A stretch of DNA of 64,000 nt from Mytilus californianus (Eukaryota). The stretch is taken from contig NW_026262637.1 of the NCBI RefSeq assembly GCF_021869535.1, positions 3,348,001 to 3,412,000 of the forward strand. The letters run 5' to 3'. The notes beneath the pieces were generated by a model, which was not told the DNA's origin, did not search any database, and saw only the letters and a program-made list of their open reading frames with translations. Positions 24,331 to 37,900 of the stretch are shown here, in pieces (position 1 is the stretch's first letter; each line of letters opens with the position of its first letter). Made by a program: the position numbers and the translations under genes.

Positions 24331-25379
24331 AACTAGAGGCTCTCAAGAGCCTGTGTCGTTCACCTGTTGCTACTGTGGTTTTGGAAATCATGTAAAATAA
24401 GGTTAAAATCATAATAAATAGTATAAGATACCCTAATAATGATTGAGGACAAGTTTGGTTTAATTTGGCCCAGTAGTTAAATTAAAAGCAGGTCATCCCA
24501 TTGTAGTCTTACAGTAGTTACTGAAGACCCCTTATCATTATTTAAATTAGTTTTCAAATGAACATTTGAATTTTTTTTTTATAATTTTGCCTTAGACTTC
24601 TATAGTTAACCCCTATGTTTTAATTTTAGCCATGGCGGCCGTGTTGGTTGGATGGCAGGGTCATCGGATACATTTTTCAATCAAGGTACCCTATTGAAAA
24701 TTGTGGCTAAGTTTAATTCTATTTGGCCTAGTAGATCAAGTGAAGAAGATTTTTGTAAAAGATTACAAAAATTTATGAAAAAACAATGTTAGAAATTGAC
24801 TATAAAGATTCAGGTGCAGCAACCCAACAATGGGTTCTCTAATTCGTCTGACAATTTCAGGGCAGATAGATCTAAACCTATTGAACATTTTTACTGAACC
24901 TTATGGCTGTTTACAGTTTATCTCTATCTATAATAATATTCAAGATTATAACCAAAAACTGCAAAATTTCCTTAAAATTACCCAATTCAGGGACAGCAAC
25001 CCAACAACGGGTGGGTTGTCGGATTCGTCTGAAAATTTCACGGCAGATAGATCTTAACCTGATGGACATTTTTACCCATGTCTAAATGCTTTCGTTTTAG
25101 AGGTATAAGCCAAAAACTAAATGTTTACCCCTATGTTCTATTTTTAGCCATGTTGGCCATGTTGATTGGCAGGCGGGGTTATGGGACACATTTTTAAAAC
25201 TAGATACCCTAATGACGATGGTGGCCAAGTTTAGTTAAATTTGGCCCAGTAGTTTCAGAGAAGGAGAAGATTTTTGTAAAGGTTAACGGACGACGACGAC
25301 GGACGATGGACGACGAACGACGGACGCCAAATGATGAGAAAAGCTCACTTGGTCCATTGGGCCAGGTGAGCTAAAAAAA
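24331..25379 (-). mobile_element. Helentron-associated non-autonomous element (HINE/pearl-like)
   Basis: Minus strand starts ttttttagctcacctggcccaatggaccaagtgagcttt, followed by a GTCY-type microsatellite (25285-25325), internal tandem repeats and a 3' hairpin aggctc-ttga-gagcct-ctagtt. Confidence 0.8.
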
Positions 25380-26249
25380 TCATGTATCTAAGATTAAAAT
25401 ATCAATCAGTACACATCCAACATCCAACGGATTTAGTGTAAAGACGTAATTAACAATCAGAGAAAACATGACCTTGTGCAATGCAAAAATAAAGGTATAA
25501 GTTAATATTCGAATACGGTTGCATATTGTAAGTTTTGTTTATTTTATATCTTTTGTGTATGAGGAGTTGGCAATTTATAAAAAAAAAACATGGAAATCAA
25601 CTCTGTTATTTTTTATCGTAGTTTCTTTTATGACATTTCCCGGTTTCATAACACTTTAAAGGTTGGCTGGTCAGTCTGAACAAAACGTACAATGTATGCT
25701 CCTCCTTGTATTGGTTTCATTAACATAGTAAAAATATAAAATTTGTTGAAACCTTCTCGAATTAAGATATTACAGAGTCTAATTTTAATCAGAAGACAAC
25801 ATTACATATACAACCAAGAAATCTAAATGTTATTCAGTATGAATAAGCATAGTTGATGGTTCTTATTCCGTATGAATAAAATTAGATTAGCTAACCTCTT
25901 AGTCTATTTCAGGAAATCGAAATGATTTTTTTTATCTAAACGGAACCAACAAAAGCTAATTAAGAGACAAAACTTAAGTCTAGCATAAATGATAGTAATT
26001 TACAGGTCCAATGATCTTCAAATTTTTAATTGAGTAGGCCATCCTACAGTCTTGATTCTATCTCGATTGGTGAGCCTAACACAGACAAAATCAGCGTCTG
26101 ACATACATAATTGTAAGCCTAGTATATTTGATGAAATTTTAAAAAGGGAAAAATTATAACCGATAGTGCAATCAATAACCAAGTCGAAAAAAAAAAGCCA
26201 TGATCTGAAAAGCGTCGAAAAGACAAACAACAGTCCATAAAACACTACA

Positions 26250-26970
26250 CATCAAACCAAAAAGAAAAACGCCCAAGGCCACCAATGGGTCTTCAACGCA
26301 GCGAGATAATCCTGCACCAGGAGGCGGGCTTAAGCTGGCTCCTAAACGATAATGTATACTAGTTTAGCGAAATGGACTCCACACTAAACTTCAAAACATA
26401 TAAATGAACTAAGATTTAAAAAAACACACAAGACTAACAAAGGCTAGAGGTTCCTGACTTGGGACAAGCGCATAAATGCGGCAGAGTTAAACATAATTTG
26501 TGAGATCTCAACCCTCCTCTTATACCTCTAGTCAATGTGTAATAAACAAACACAAAGCAATACGCACAGCAAAACTCAGTTTTAAAGAAGTCCGAGTCCG
26601 ATGCAAGAATAGGTGAAAGAAGAAACTAAGCAAAATGACAATGATCGACATAAATTAACAAAGGACAACAAGCAGTTACTGACATGCCAGCTCCGGACTT
26701 CAATTTAACTGATCGAAAGATAATGTCTTCATCATATGAAAATTAAGCACAATCCATCCTCTTTAGGGTTTAGTGTCATGCCATCATAAATTATACGAAA
26801 AGAACATAACCCGTATCATGCTAACAACTGGTTTTAAAATAAATGTGTTTATTTCCGATGCAAATACCCTATGAGTGAATCATTATTAATTCCAAAAAAT
26901 GCCATCTTTAATGACTTGACAGCAATATCGTAACTATATCCCTTCTGAATAAGTCTGTTTAACGGTTTGG
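26250..26970 (-). repeat. Long family E repeat
   Basis: Contains the reverse complement of 5612-5830. Confidence 0.65.
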
Positions 26971-27719
26971 TTAGCTTTCGAGGTGAATGACGACATTTTT
27001 GTGCTTTGTATGGAATATTACCATAAAAGATGGGATGTGAAATACCTGAACGTAAAAAATGTCTGCATGTCGATTTATATTTACGAATGATATCCTTGTA
27101 CTGATGATAATATAAGTTAAAAGTTTTGATAAGTTTGTGATATCGAAAACTAAGTGCAATAATTTTTCAGTAATACAGAGATTTCTTTCGTTAAAATCAA
27201 ATACGTTGTTACATACACATTAATAAATCCTGTTCAAGTAGTTAGTCGCCCAAGACCCAAATAAATGCCAAAGACAAAAAGGAAAGAGCAAAGAAAAATG
27301 GACATTCCCAGGAAACTGACCGAAGCAATCGACAAGGAGTGAAGGATTAATGCATTACACAACCTGTAAAATCATAAATAAAAATTTAACTCAACATTAA
27401 ATTGCTGTTTTGTAATTACATGTATCAACAACAATTTTAGTCCAAACATATCTTAAATACCATAAATATCTAATTCAAGAAGACAATAAACTCATTAAAG
27501 GTATTTTATATATTTATTGTTGGGGAATTGAATGACTAGTTTTTTAAGGTTTTGTTTTGACAAGTTTGGTCCGAAATGAGATTTTGATTGACTTTTTGTT
27601 TTAAAATGAAATATTATAGTTCGTTTTTCAACAAACATAATAAAGCTACAAACAAGTACATTTAAAAACGCGCAAAACTTGCATCCCTTATATATCATAC
27701 ATCTAAAGAATTATTATTT

Positions 27720-27975
27720 CATGCTATGAACAAAATAATTGATTGATTGGTTGTGTTAAACGCCACTTTCAGTACTTCTGGCTATATCATTGCAGTTATT
27801 TTTACTGTCTAGAGAGAACCATCGGCCTTCTCAAGAAACATTGACAATCCTAGTTAATTATGATTGAAGTCGAAAGCACCTGCCACGTCCAGGGTTTGAA
27901 CTCAGAACAATAGTGTTGACAGGATGGTGATACGGTAGATGTACTACTTAAACAAACTCGGCCACTGAGGCACCT
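27720..27975 (-). mobile_element. tRNA-derived SINE
   Basis: Minus strand: A-box-like agtggccgagttt, B-box-like gagttcaaaccc, 3' tail gtggcgtttaacacaaccaatcaatcaa. Confidence 0.55.
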
Positions 27976-28156
27976 TCGCAACAAGAGAGGTGAGATATAC
28001 GTCAATGTGACAGCAACACAACGAAACCAATGACCAAACATCCTCTTATGTAAAGCTTTAAGTCGTACAATGGCTAGAAAAAATCAATAAACTAAACAGA
28101 AACTATACAAACAGATCTACCATCAACACTAAATTCTCTCAATAACAAAATAGAAC

Positions 28157-28945
28157 AGAGAGGCGAAAGATACCAAAGGGACATTCAAAGAGAGGCGAAA
28201 GTTACCAAAGGGACATTCAAAGAAAGGCGAAAGATACCAAAGGGACATTCAAAGAAAGGCGAAAGATACCAAAGGGACATTCAAAGAGAGGCGAAAGATA
28301 CCAAAGGGACATTCAAAGAGAGGCGAAAGATACCAAAGGGACATTCAAAGAGAGGCGAAAGATACCAAAGGGACATTCAAAGAAAGGCGAAAGATACCAA
28401 AGGGACATTCAAAGAGAGGCGAAAGTTACCAAAGGGACATTCAAAGAGAGGCGAAAGATACCAAAGGGACATTCAAAGAAAGGCGAAAGATACCAAAGGG
28501 ACATTCAAAGAGAGGCGAAAGATACCAAAGGGACATTCAAAGAAAGGCGAAAGATACCAAAGGGACATTCAAAGAGAGGCGGAAGACACCAAAGGGACAT
28601 TCAGAGAGAGGCGAAAGATACCAAAGGGACATTCAAAGAGAGGCCACCAAAGGGACATTGCGAAAGACACCAAAGGGACATTCAAAGAAAGGCGAAAGAT
28701 ACCAAAGGGACATTCAAAGAGAGGCGAAAGATACCAATGGGACATTCAAAGAGAGGCGAAAGATACCAATGGGACATTCAAAGAGAGGAGAAAGATACAA
28801 AAGGGACATTCAAAGAGAGGCGAAAGATACCAAAGGGAAAAATTCAAAGAGAGGAGAAAGATACCAAATGGAAAAATTCAAAGAGAGGCGAAAGATACCA
28901 AAGGGACATTCAAAGAGAGGCAAAAGATACCAAAGAGACATTCAA
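28157..28945 (-). repeat. 32-bp minisatellite, ~24-25 copies, forming the 3' tail of a Penelope family 2-related element (body 28946-29075)
   Basis: Period 32 (aggcg at 28161, 28193, 28225); the unit tttgaatgtccctttggtatctttcgcctctc matches the family 2 terminus tttgactgtccctctggtatctttcgtccctct. Confidence 0.9.
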
Positions 28946-31900
28946 AGTAGAAAATAAACTGACAACTCCATGGCTATAAAAGAGAAACAAGACCAAAAGA
29001 CAACCAACAGTATACAAAACACAACAAAGAAAACTAAAGACTGAGCAACACGAACCCCACCAAAAAATTGGGGGGATATCATTAAGATATGCTTAGATTC
29101 CGTGTAACAGTAACATCATACATCAAAAACTCTTCAAAGATATCAGGCTGATAATTTGATACACAAGACGCGCGTTTAGTCTATATAAAAGAGCAATCAA
29201 ATTTTAATTGTTAACAAACTCCATACAACTACTAGCAAACAAAATCTCAAATGCCATATAAGTCATTGCTATATATATAGAAGTGTTTCAGATTTGTTTT
29301 TAGAACGCAGTACCCAGTTATAATAAATTATATTGAAGCATCAGTTGGATCTGAGTTATGGCTTTTTATTGCTACGAAAATATAATATAAATCAGCTTTT
29401 TACTGAAGTATGATCTTTGTAATAGGTAAGCGTGGATTTCGTTTTAGTAGAAGCTTTTCAAAGGATTGAAAACCTTAAAATTACTTAATTTCGAATCCAG
29501 ATGTTTGAATATAGATATAGATATAAAATACTGTGAAATTCAGTAGTTGCATCAGTAAAGTCGAATTTCAAAAGATTTGGGGTTGGATTTTGGGCCAAAA
29601 TCAAAAATATTTTAAACCGTGGGCCTATTATTAATTTTCATAATCAAGTGTTAATTCTATAAGTAATCTGTAAGTTGATAAAATATTTGAATTTTACTCT
29701 TGTGGTATTTGAATTTTATCTAACACTGCTCTAGTGCCCATTGAGGCTGTTGTATAATGGTTGATTTTACTAATCAACATATTGGAGGCAACAGACGGAG
29801 TATTTCATTATGTAAATGACATTTGGCACTCTTTAAAAGCAATACTTGGTTTCGACAAATCAGTCCGTTCGTGTACCTTTAGATTCATCAGCGATTAGGT
29901 TGTTTAAAAACTATCATAGGGAGCTCGAGAGTGATCTTGAATAGTTTGGGATTTTTTTTATTATATGTAATACTGATTGTCAATTTTCCCAAATGACACT
30001 GAAGCTACTCCGCACCGATGGATGGTAAAATTTAGAACACTTGATGTCCTTTTATTTCTATGTTATCGTTGTATTCTAATAATCTTTCTAATGAATCAGA
30101 TGTTTTTTTTACTTTTATTCAAAGCTAGCACGGACATTTTCGCTATGCTCTTTTTTGTGTTCGTTCAGCAAATGTGTATTTTACAAGTCAAGAAAGATAA
30201 CTCTGGTACATTTAAAGAGAAAGTTTTTTTACAAAACGAAAACCCCAGTTTAAATCTTTATGAGTGGCGTTAATGATTTCGTTTCACAAAAGTTTGTCTG
30301 GTATTGTTCATTATTAATTATTTAATGACTGATACATGAAATATAATTAGTTTTTCCTGTGTCGTCATTTATAGCTACATTTGATTACAGACTTTAGTCC
30401 GTTCTTTCGACTACCAATACCACTGTCATATCCCCTTATTGCATGATTCTGACAGAATATTCAAAATGCCATCTATAATATCATCCTCTGTGACTAAGTG
30501 ACTGCTAAATAGAGTCGTTCAACTCTCTTTGCTTTAGTTTTCTCAGATGCGTTTACGGATCATGTATGTATTTTACATGGATCAATACATACATATTCAT
30601 TCTCACAAGTTTAAAATGACATAAAAGTCATACATCAATTGGAAATTAATAATTTTACCTTCTTCCCAGTCAAAAGATAAATAGATAGTAAAACCATTTA
30701 AACGATCTCACTCAATTTTCATATGAATAATGTTGTTTTTTTTAGATAAACGAAAGATATTATAGTATTGGTATGTGCTGCTTGAAATCATAAATGATAT
30801 TTATGTATTTAAATCTATGTAATAGTCCAATCATATGTAATTACCATGGTCCATTATATGTTCTGTCTCTTCCGTACTTAGTCATGTAAGGATAAGTTTC
30901 ACATGATTATTAAATAATATAAACAGTTCATGTAAAATATTCTCACGAGACTGTCAATGATTCAGTTACATATTTTATTTGTAAAAGTGATATCAAGTTA
31001 TCTATCTGGGCGTATTAAAGCTTTTTGGAATGTTATTCTTTTTGACTCTACATTTTATCATCCCCATAGTAATTAAGTTACGGAGAGGACATTGTAACGG
31101 GACTTTCTGTCTGTCCGTTACGCGTCCGAAACACACTTGTTGACATCGTAGAGGTTGCGTTTCTCAACAGATCTTCACTATACTCCTGAACATATTGAAT
31201 ATAATTGACTGTTATAAGTTGTCCCTTTGTTGTTGATACATTTTCTCCGTTACCGGGTATAACATTTACGAGAAACACGTCTAGTGTCTTGTCAGAAGCT
31301 AGTACTGCATAGCCTGTCGTAGCACTTGCGTTTAAGGGTGTCAGTTTTTACTCATATAACTTTGGTTTTCTATGAGAAAATTGCCCTTTTCTCTTGTCCC
31401 CGGATTTGTTATTGTTTCTTGATTTTCCCTTTTGTTGATCTACGCTTCAGATTTCTACTCTTATCTAGTTTCACTATGCTTCCCAATTGACTTTTTTATT
31501 TCACCTCTGACCAAACATAGGGGGGCTGTTGGATCCAATTATATAAGTAAAACCCCCGCCGAATATGTTGGTCAATGGTATATTCTTTTCTCGGAAGAAT
31601 TTTATTTTACAATATTATGCTGTGGCATTGGATTTGATCTCTTTTTTTTTGTCGGGGCCGATCAGATCTCGCTGCTTGGTAATGATTACCCGACAGTATT
31701 TAAGATCACGCGATAACTCTTAATCTGTTTTATGTGTTGCATTGTGTGATTTTATGCCTTATTCGTGCCGTGTCCATAACCCGTGTCTGCCTTTTCCCAT
31801 TATTGTCAAAGTCTGTTATGTGCTTTTGGAATTAAAAACAAAATATAACCAAAATATGAAATAAGACATTCGCTTTATCTAAATGATCTGTACAACTTGT

Positions 31901-32597
31901 CACTAAGTACAGATTTAAATTGAACATAGTATGAGTGAATTAAAAAAAATCTGCTAAGTACGAAGGAATCTTGAGACAAAAAATAACGGATTTTGTATAG
32001 AAATGTGCCGCCCATGTCAATAGACATAAAACAATTTGTCTGTTTAAATATTTACTACTTTTATTTTACTAGTTTAAAGTAGCTTTAATTTCATCTTCTA
32101 AAAATATCCCTTTCATTCATTCGTGTGGGTCTGGATGGGATCCCTATTCTGTATTCTCTTACTTTTTAAGCCATTTTCTATTTCTATTATTTTGCCCATT
32201 GTTCTCTATTCTTTAGTTTTTTTTTTTGCCTTTTTTTCTCTATTCTTTATTTTTTTGCCCCATGATTCTGTAGTATTGGTCCATTTATGTCTATTCTGTA
32301 AACCCCATCAAGACCCTCATTCATACTCAATTCAAAAATATAATTAAAGAATTTAAATCAGTAAATGGTTTACAACAAACAAACAATATAGTTGTGGTAA
32401 ATACATATAGGCAACAAAAAAATCCTTTCAATTCAGTTACGGGTAACCATTATATACAACCATGCATTACTTCTTTGAGACGACCACTTACATCTTACCT
32501 GTCGTAGTCGTTGTCAACTGTAGGTGTAGACAATTGTTGAAAAGGTCTAATACTATTGAAGTTGGTTGCCTTTTAATTAGCAAACTAACTACTAACA

Positions 32598-32752
32598 CAA
32601 TTCTCATTTGCTTGTACCAAGACCTAGTGTAACACATACGTATGTGAAGGTCACCTAGCTCTTCAAACGTTTAACGGACACTACCCTGATTTGTTCACCG
32701 TTATACTCACGTATGTATTACACTAGGTCTTGGTACAAGCAAATGTGAATTG
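32598..32752. mobile_element. MITE-like hairpin element
   Basis: 44-bp arms 32598-32641 and 32709-32752 are reverse complements with 2 mismatches. Confidence 0.8.
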
Positions 32753-34642
32753 GCACCAGATGTTACTTGTCAGGAGTAACACGGCGCGTGCCATTTCTAG
32801 TGTAGAAACGGCTTACCTTTCCGGGGCACCAAATTTCACCTCCCCGGGTATTGATGGACTTCATTTTGGTCAATCTTTAGATGTTGTGGAGAAGTGTTTG
32901 TCTCCTTGTTCCTTTTTTTTGCAATGGTGTTGTTTTCTTTTCATCTTGGTATCTTATTTCCCTTTCTTTTATTTTGAGCGTCCATGCTGAAATGACAGGA
33001 TAAAAACAACATTCGCTTTGCTACGAAACTGCAGAGTTGCCGATGAATGAGTATTCAAAATTCGTAATATATTAGTGCATTAAAAAAAGATGTATTCATG
33101 GAAGTTTTGTTATCTCCAAACTTCAGCATGTACAAAACTTAATAACGTATGCAAAAAATGCAAATGGTTATCATGTAACGGACGCTCTCACGATTGGTCG
33201 TTTTCGGCTTACGAGTTTGACTATCCCTTATATCAGTTGATAAAATTTCTAAATATCAGTTCCGTGATTCTAATGTTTTCCAAAATTTTCATCATATGTA
33301 CTTAAATTGCAACTATCAGCAATATTAACGAAATTATAATTTGGTTACATATCAATTATACGAGATGATGATGTCAGAACAACAGAAAACACACATGAAT
33401 GTGCTACAATTTTAATAGCCTCGCTTTGAAAATAAATGCAACGAAAACCAACCCTTTATTCTTTAATCAGACTATATTTATAATAATCCATGAAGAAAAG
33501 GAAAACGTTATACTTTGAACATGCACAGGTAGTATGATTTTAAATGAGACAACTATCAACCAAATTGAATAGATTTAAGCATCAAAGATTAGTTAGCTTT
33601 TATTCAATTTTTAGCAGAATTCCGACAAAAATTTCAGCAACTTTTTCGCCAACTTAAGTTGTCTGCATAATTTTATATATTCAATGTTGATAGACTTATT
33701 TTTATGAATTCCACAATAACTCTAGTGCAAACCTTGAACTAGATAAGAACTGATGTGATCATTTTTATCATTTTGATTTTTCGTATATATTTATTGTATT
33801 TCTCGTCTTTTCGTCTAGAACTATAATACTGAAAACTTTTTTTATAATTATTTTAACTGTAGGAACCATCGTATCCACTCTTTTTCAAAAGAAACTATAA
33901 GTACATGAATAAATTACGTTCTGACAAAACTCGCTTGTTAATGGCACTGCAAACTAAATGCTATTATTTTCACATTTTAATAATAAAAATATATATTGCA
34001 CACATTTGACAACAAAATAACAAAAAATATATATATGTAAAACAGAGTTGCACAATTACACTTGATCCATTGCAGTTTACTTTCTAGACATTTGTTATAC
34101 TTGATTCATTGCAGTTTACTTTCTAAACATTTGAAATGTCAAGCAAACGAGGGACTTCCATTTTCTTACAAAACATTCAGTAATCGTTTTTGAAGCTATT
34201 TAGCAATAAGAAATTAAAACATTATTTTTACATGGTGTGTGTATATGTGTTTCAAACATATGACATATACATGTACATGTATTATGTTTCAGGTCATGCG
34301 CCATGAGTGTTTCTTCCATTCATTTCCCATACAATGTTAATAAATTATAGATAAACATTTGCATTTAGATTTTTTAAGTTCACCGTCGTGTACAAACTAA
34401 CTACGATGATTTGATCTTAACTATTTTCGTTGGTCATGAGTCGATGTATAAATAAAAAATACACAAAATTACTTCATAAATTTCAAATATCTGATTCAGT
34501 ATTTCATAAGATTGTAAACCTTCGTATACCATATTTGAAAGAAAAGAATTCTATTCATAGGCTCGATAAAGTGTTGATTGGTATTGACATGGCTTGGACG
34601 TTTGCGTTGTGAAATCTAGTGTAGGGGAATTTGAATTCATTT

Positions 34643-34941
34643 CTACGTTCCTATCGCATTATCCCCATTATATATTTTAGTTTTATCTGATTGTGTCTCA
34701 GATTTCCACAGGGCTATATTCTTTTGCAGAACACTTTCAAAGAAACTGTCGTCCAGTCCCACAATACTGCCGTGACTGGTTCCACCGACTGGTTCCTCAT
34801 ACGACAGGGACCTTGGTCGATTTACTCTCTGGACGTAAAGTGGTACTGCGGAGTAACTTCCGTTCATACTGACCGACAGTAAACTGTCACTATCATCATT
34901 CGAGCAAGAATCTGTTTCATCTTCAGGGATTTCGTTGATTC
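34643..34941 (-). CDS. LURAP-like gene last coding exon (299 nt incl. TAG)
   Basis: Inside ORF 34643..34954; tgttatag acceptor in phase 1. Confidence 0.82.
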
Positions 34942-37900
34942 CTATAACATACAAATCTCAATTATTGGACCGACAAAAGCTACATAAAAGAAAACATTAT
35001 GTTTGTATTTCAGTAACATCATTGTTTAATATGATAAAAAGGAATTGTATGTAAGATTGGTGGCCTTCGGCTGTTATCTGCTTTTTGGCCGGGTTGTTGT
35101 CTCTTTGACATATTCCCCATTTCTCAATTTTAAGATGTAAATCTATACAGGTTCACCAATAAAAGACATCAACAAACGGCTATAATGATGGACAAGTTTA
35201 GACCTACCTTACAGCAATCTAGAAAATAATATTAGAATTCTAGGCATGTAATGTGAATTCCTAAATATTAAAAAAAAACAGACTCCGATACCTACTGATT
35301 CTGACCTAAACAGTCGCATAAACAAGTGTAAGAGGTAAATTATTTTTGTGAATAGTTATAGTTATACCTTCCATCAGCTCCTGTTTATTTGAACATCAAA
35401 TGCAGGGAAAAGAACAAACTGAAAAAGGCATTTAATATTATCCTTGAATGTAAGAAATATGTTTGTATCTAATCCATTACAGATCACGCTATTGACCAAG
35501 AACTATTCAGAGAAATAATGTATTCAACTTCCATAAAAACAATTAATTATCATACCGTTTTTTATGCGCACAACACGTGTTTTGGAATAATCTTGTTTAT
35601 GGTGTATTTACACTAAATCCGTTGCCTGTGTACTGACTATTACTTTAGTCTTGGAGAAATTATTTATTTATTAGTTGTAGTTCGCTTTCAACTAGCTTTC
35701 TGTAACTCCGAGTACTCTTTTTATCGGCGCTGTATATCTATTTTTCTTATGTTAGTTGTTTTTGTGTGTGTTTCGTACCGATCTATTGAGTTAAACCATT
35801 TGCAACTAATATTGAAATGAATGAAAAACAGACATAACATAATAAAACACTACTGCATGCACTTTGGTGTACGATATTTCTTCTAATATCAAATTCATGA
35901 TAGTATTTTTAAACTTTCATTAATTGCATCTTTGTTAACATTATCGACGTATATCTGTGTTATCTAAAAAAACCAGACAAATGCGTACCTTCAAAACTTG
36001 AATTAAAACTACTAGACTGAGCTCTTAATACAGTTATATAATAAGGAACACTTTGTTGTCTGACAAGTGGTGCCCTCTTTGTTTTGTGGAAGGTTTCTGT
36101 CGGTGACTCGTCAACAGCGCTATCAGGACTAGGCGTATGTTGTTTCTGACATATTGTTTGTATAACGTCGCTGATATGAATCAGCTGTTTCAGTAAGTTA
36201 ACATCTTGTTTCTTCATAGCCAGCTGAAATAATCAAAATAAAGATTTGTATCAAGTACAACAACCACGTAGATTGATTGTTGTTTGATTATGGTCCAGTG
36301 GCAAATATTCGTGAGTATTCTGCATGAAAACATATAAATAATAACTCAAAATGGTCACAGTTCTGCAATATAGATTTACAAGGACGTAGGGCGGTCAATT
36401 TGAGTTGATACTAAATATATGATATGTTGTATATGCGCAATCATTTTGCCTTACAATGAACCATTCACGGACCCATCAGAGAGTTGTAGAAATACTTCAT
36501 TAATGTGCAGACAGCTGTGGCAATCTCCCTACATGAGGCTTCGAACTTTATGTACTCATTCCGACCTGATTTGGCTGCGTACTGATACATCCTGCAAAGC
36601 AAACCGGAGTCCTTATCAACGTTGGTTTTTACTTCAGAACAGAAGAAGTCCAGGTGCCCATACCCCAATCAACATTTCCCAAAAGGGGGAAGATCACGTA
36701 AAGTTCATAGTATAGTACATTGTAGTGTTAAAATACACATGGTTACTTAAAACTGGTTTATATAATATTATTTTGGTTTGAATTCTGTGCATTATTTTCC
36801 TTATAGTAACATATACATTCTAACAAATATGAAAAATTCAAAAAAGCTATCTTATCCGTCTATCTTTATTTTCAAAGTTCTAGAACTGCAACTGGAAATG
36901 ACACTATTTCCTTTGCTTGGGAATTAGATTACATTTGTTGACAGGGCCTTCCTCATTAAAGTTTTCTCTTCCTAAATATGTATGAAATATTTGCCAGTGT
37001 ATGTAAAGAATGTACTCTTCTAACATGTCTAAAGCCCCGTTGTCTCTATCAACATTTTCTTGCACAAGTTTTCATGGTCAAAGCTTTTTATGGACCTTTT
37101 TATAGTGACAACCGTTACACAAAAATTTTATCAAAAACTTTGCCGGATTTGGATTGAATAGAATATCATCCTATTTTTCTTGTAACGTGGATGGACTTGG
37201 ACGGGAATTATCCAATCACAGTTAAGTTCCTTTTCTTTGACCAAGTTTATGAAAAACTTTGATAATGACAACCGATGACTTGGACCAAGTTTACCTTCAA
37301 ATAATCTTTGATACTGACAACCGGTTTTAGGTGCCCAACATATATTGTACTAAACTTTTAAAAAAAAAAAACGTTAATGACGTTTTTTTTTAGTAAAAGT
37401 GAAAACCAAGAAAATCGAACTTTCTCTGTCTTATTTGGTCCAAAACAGTCAATTTAAGTTTTGGTGAATTTCAAAAAGCGGTTCCCTTCTTATCATCTTG
37501 ACATCTAAAGTGTGACGGACGGACGGAAATGAAAATTCCTATATGCCCCCAATTTTGTTGAGCGAGTGTATAAAAGGTTGATTACTTAGACATCTTGATA
37601 TGAGATCTACATCTATGTATCTACATCCTCTATTTTATATACTGCACTTTTAGTAATCTAACTTGCAATTATTTATGCCATGATTTCCAACTTTATTTTC
37701 AATTAAACCGGAAAAAACGCTATTTTTCTTTGAAAAATAGTCTATGAAATCTAATCACATGTACTTGCACTCAAATTATTTTCAATTTGTTTCCGAGGTA
37801 GTATAAATAAAACTGATTTGTACTTTAAGGAAGCAATATTTCATATATCAAGTGCTAGCATGTGTTGACAGAGGTCATGTCAATAAAACTTAATCATCAC

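Noticed and set aside
28157-28945. 32-bp array as a CRISPR array, and ORFs 28658..28957 / 28737..28979 as proteins
   Set aside because: No unique spacers, eukaryotic context, no cas genes; the ORFs are translations of the minisatellite.
30375-30451. Possible small terminal exon (NHAIRGYDSGIGSRKNGLKSVIKCSYK*)
   Set aside because: No good phase-matched upstream donor and no recognisable homology.
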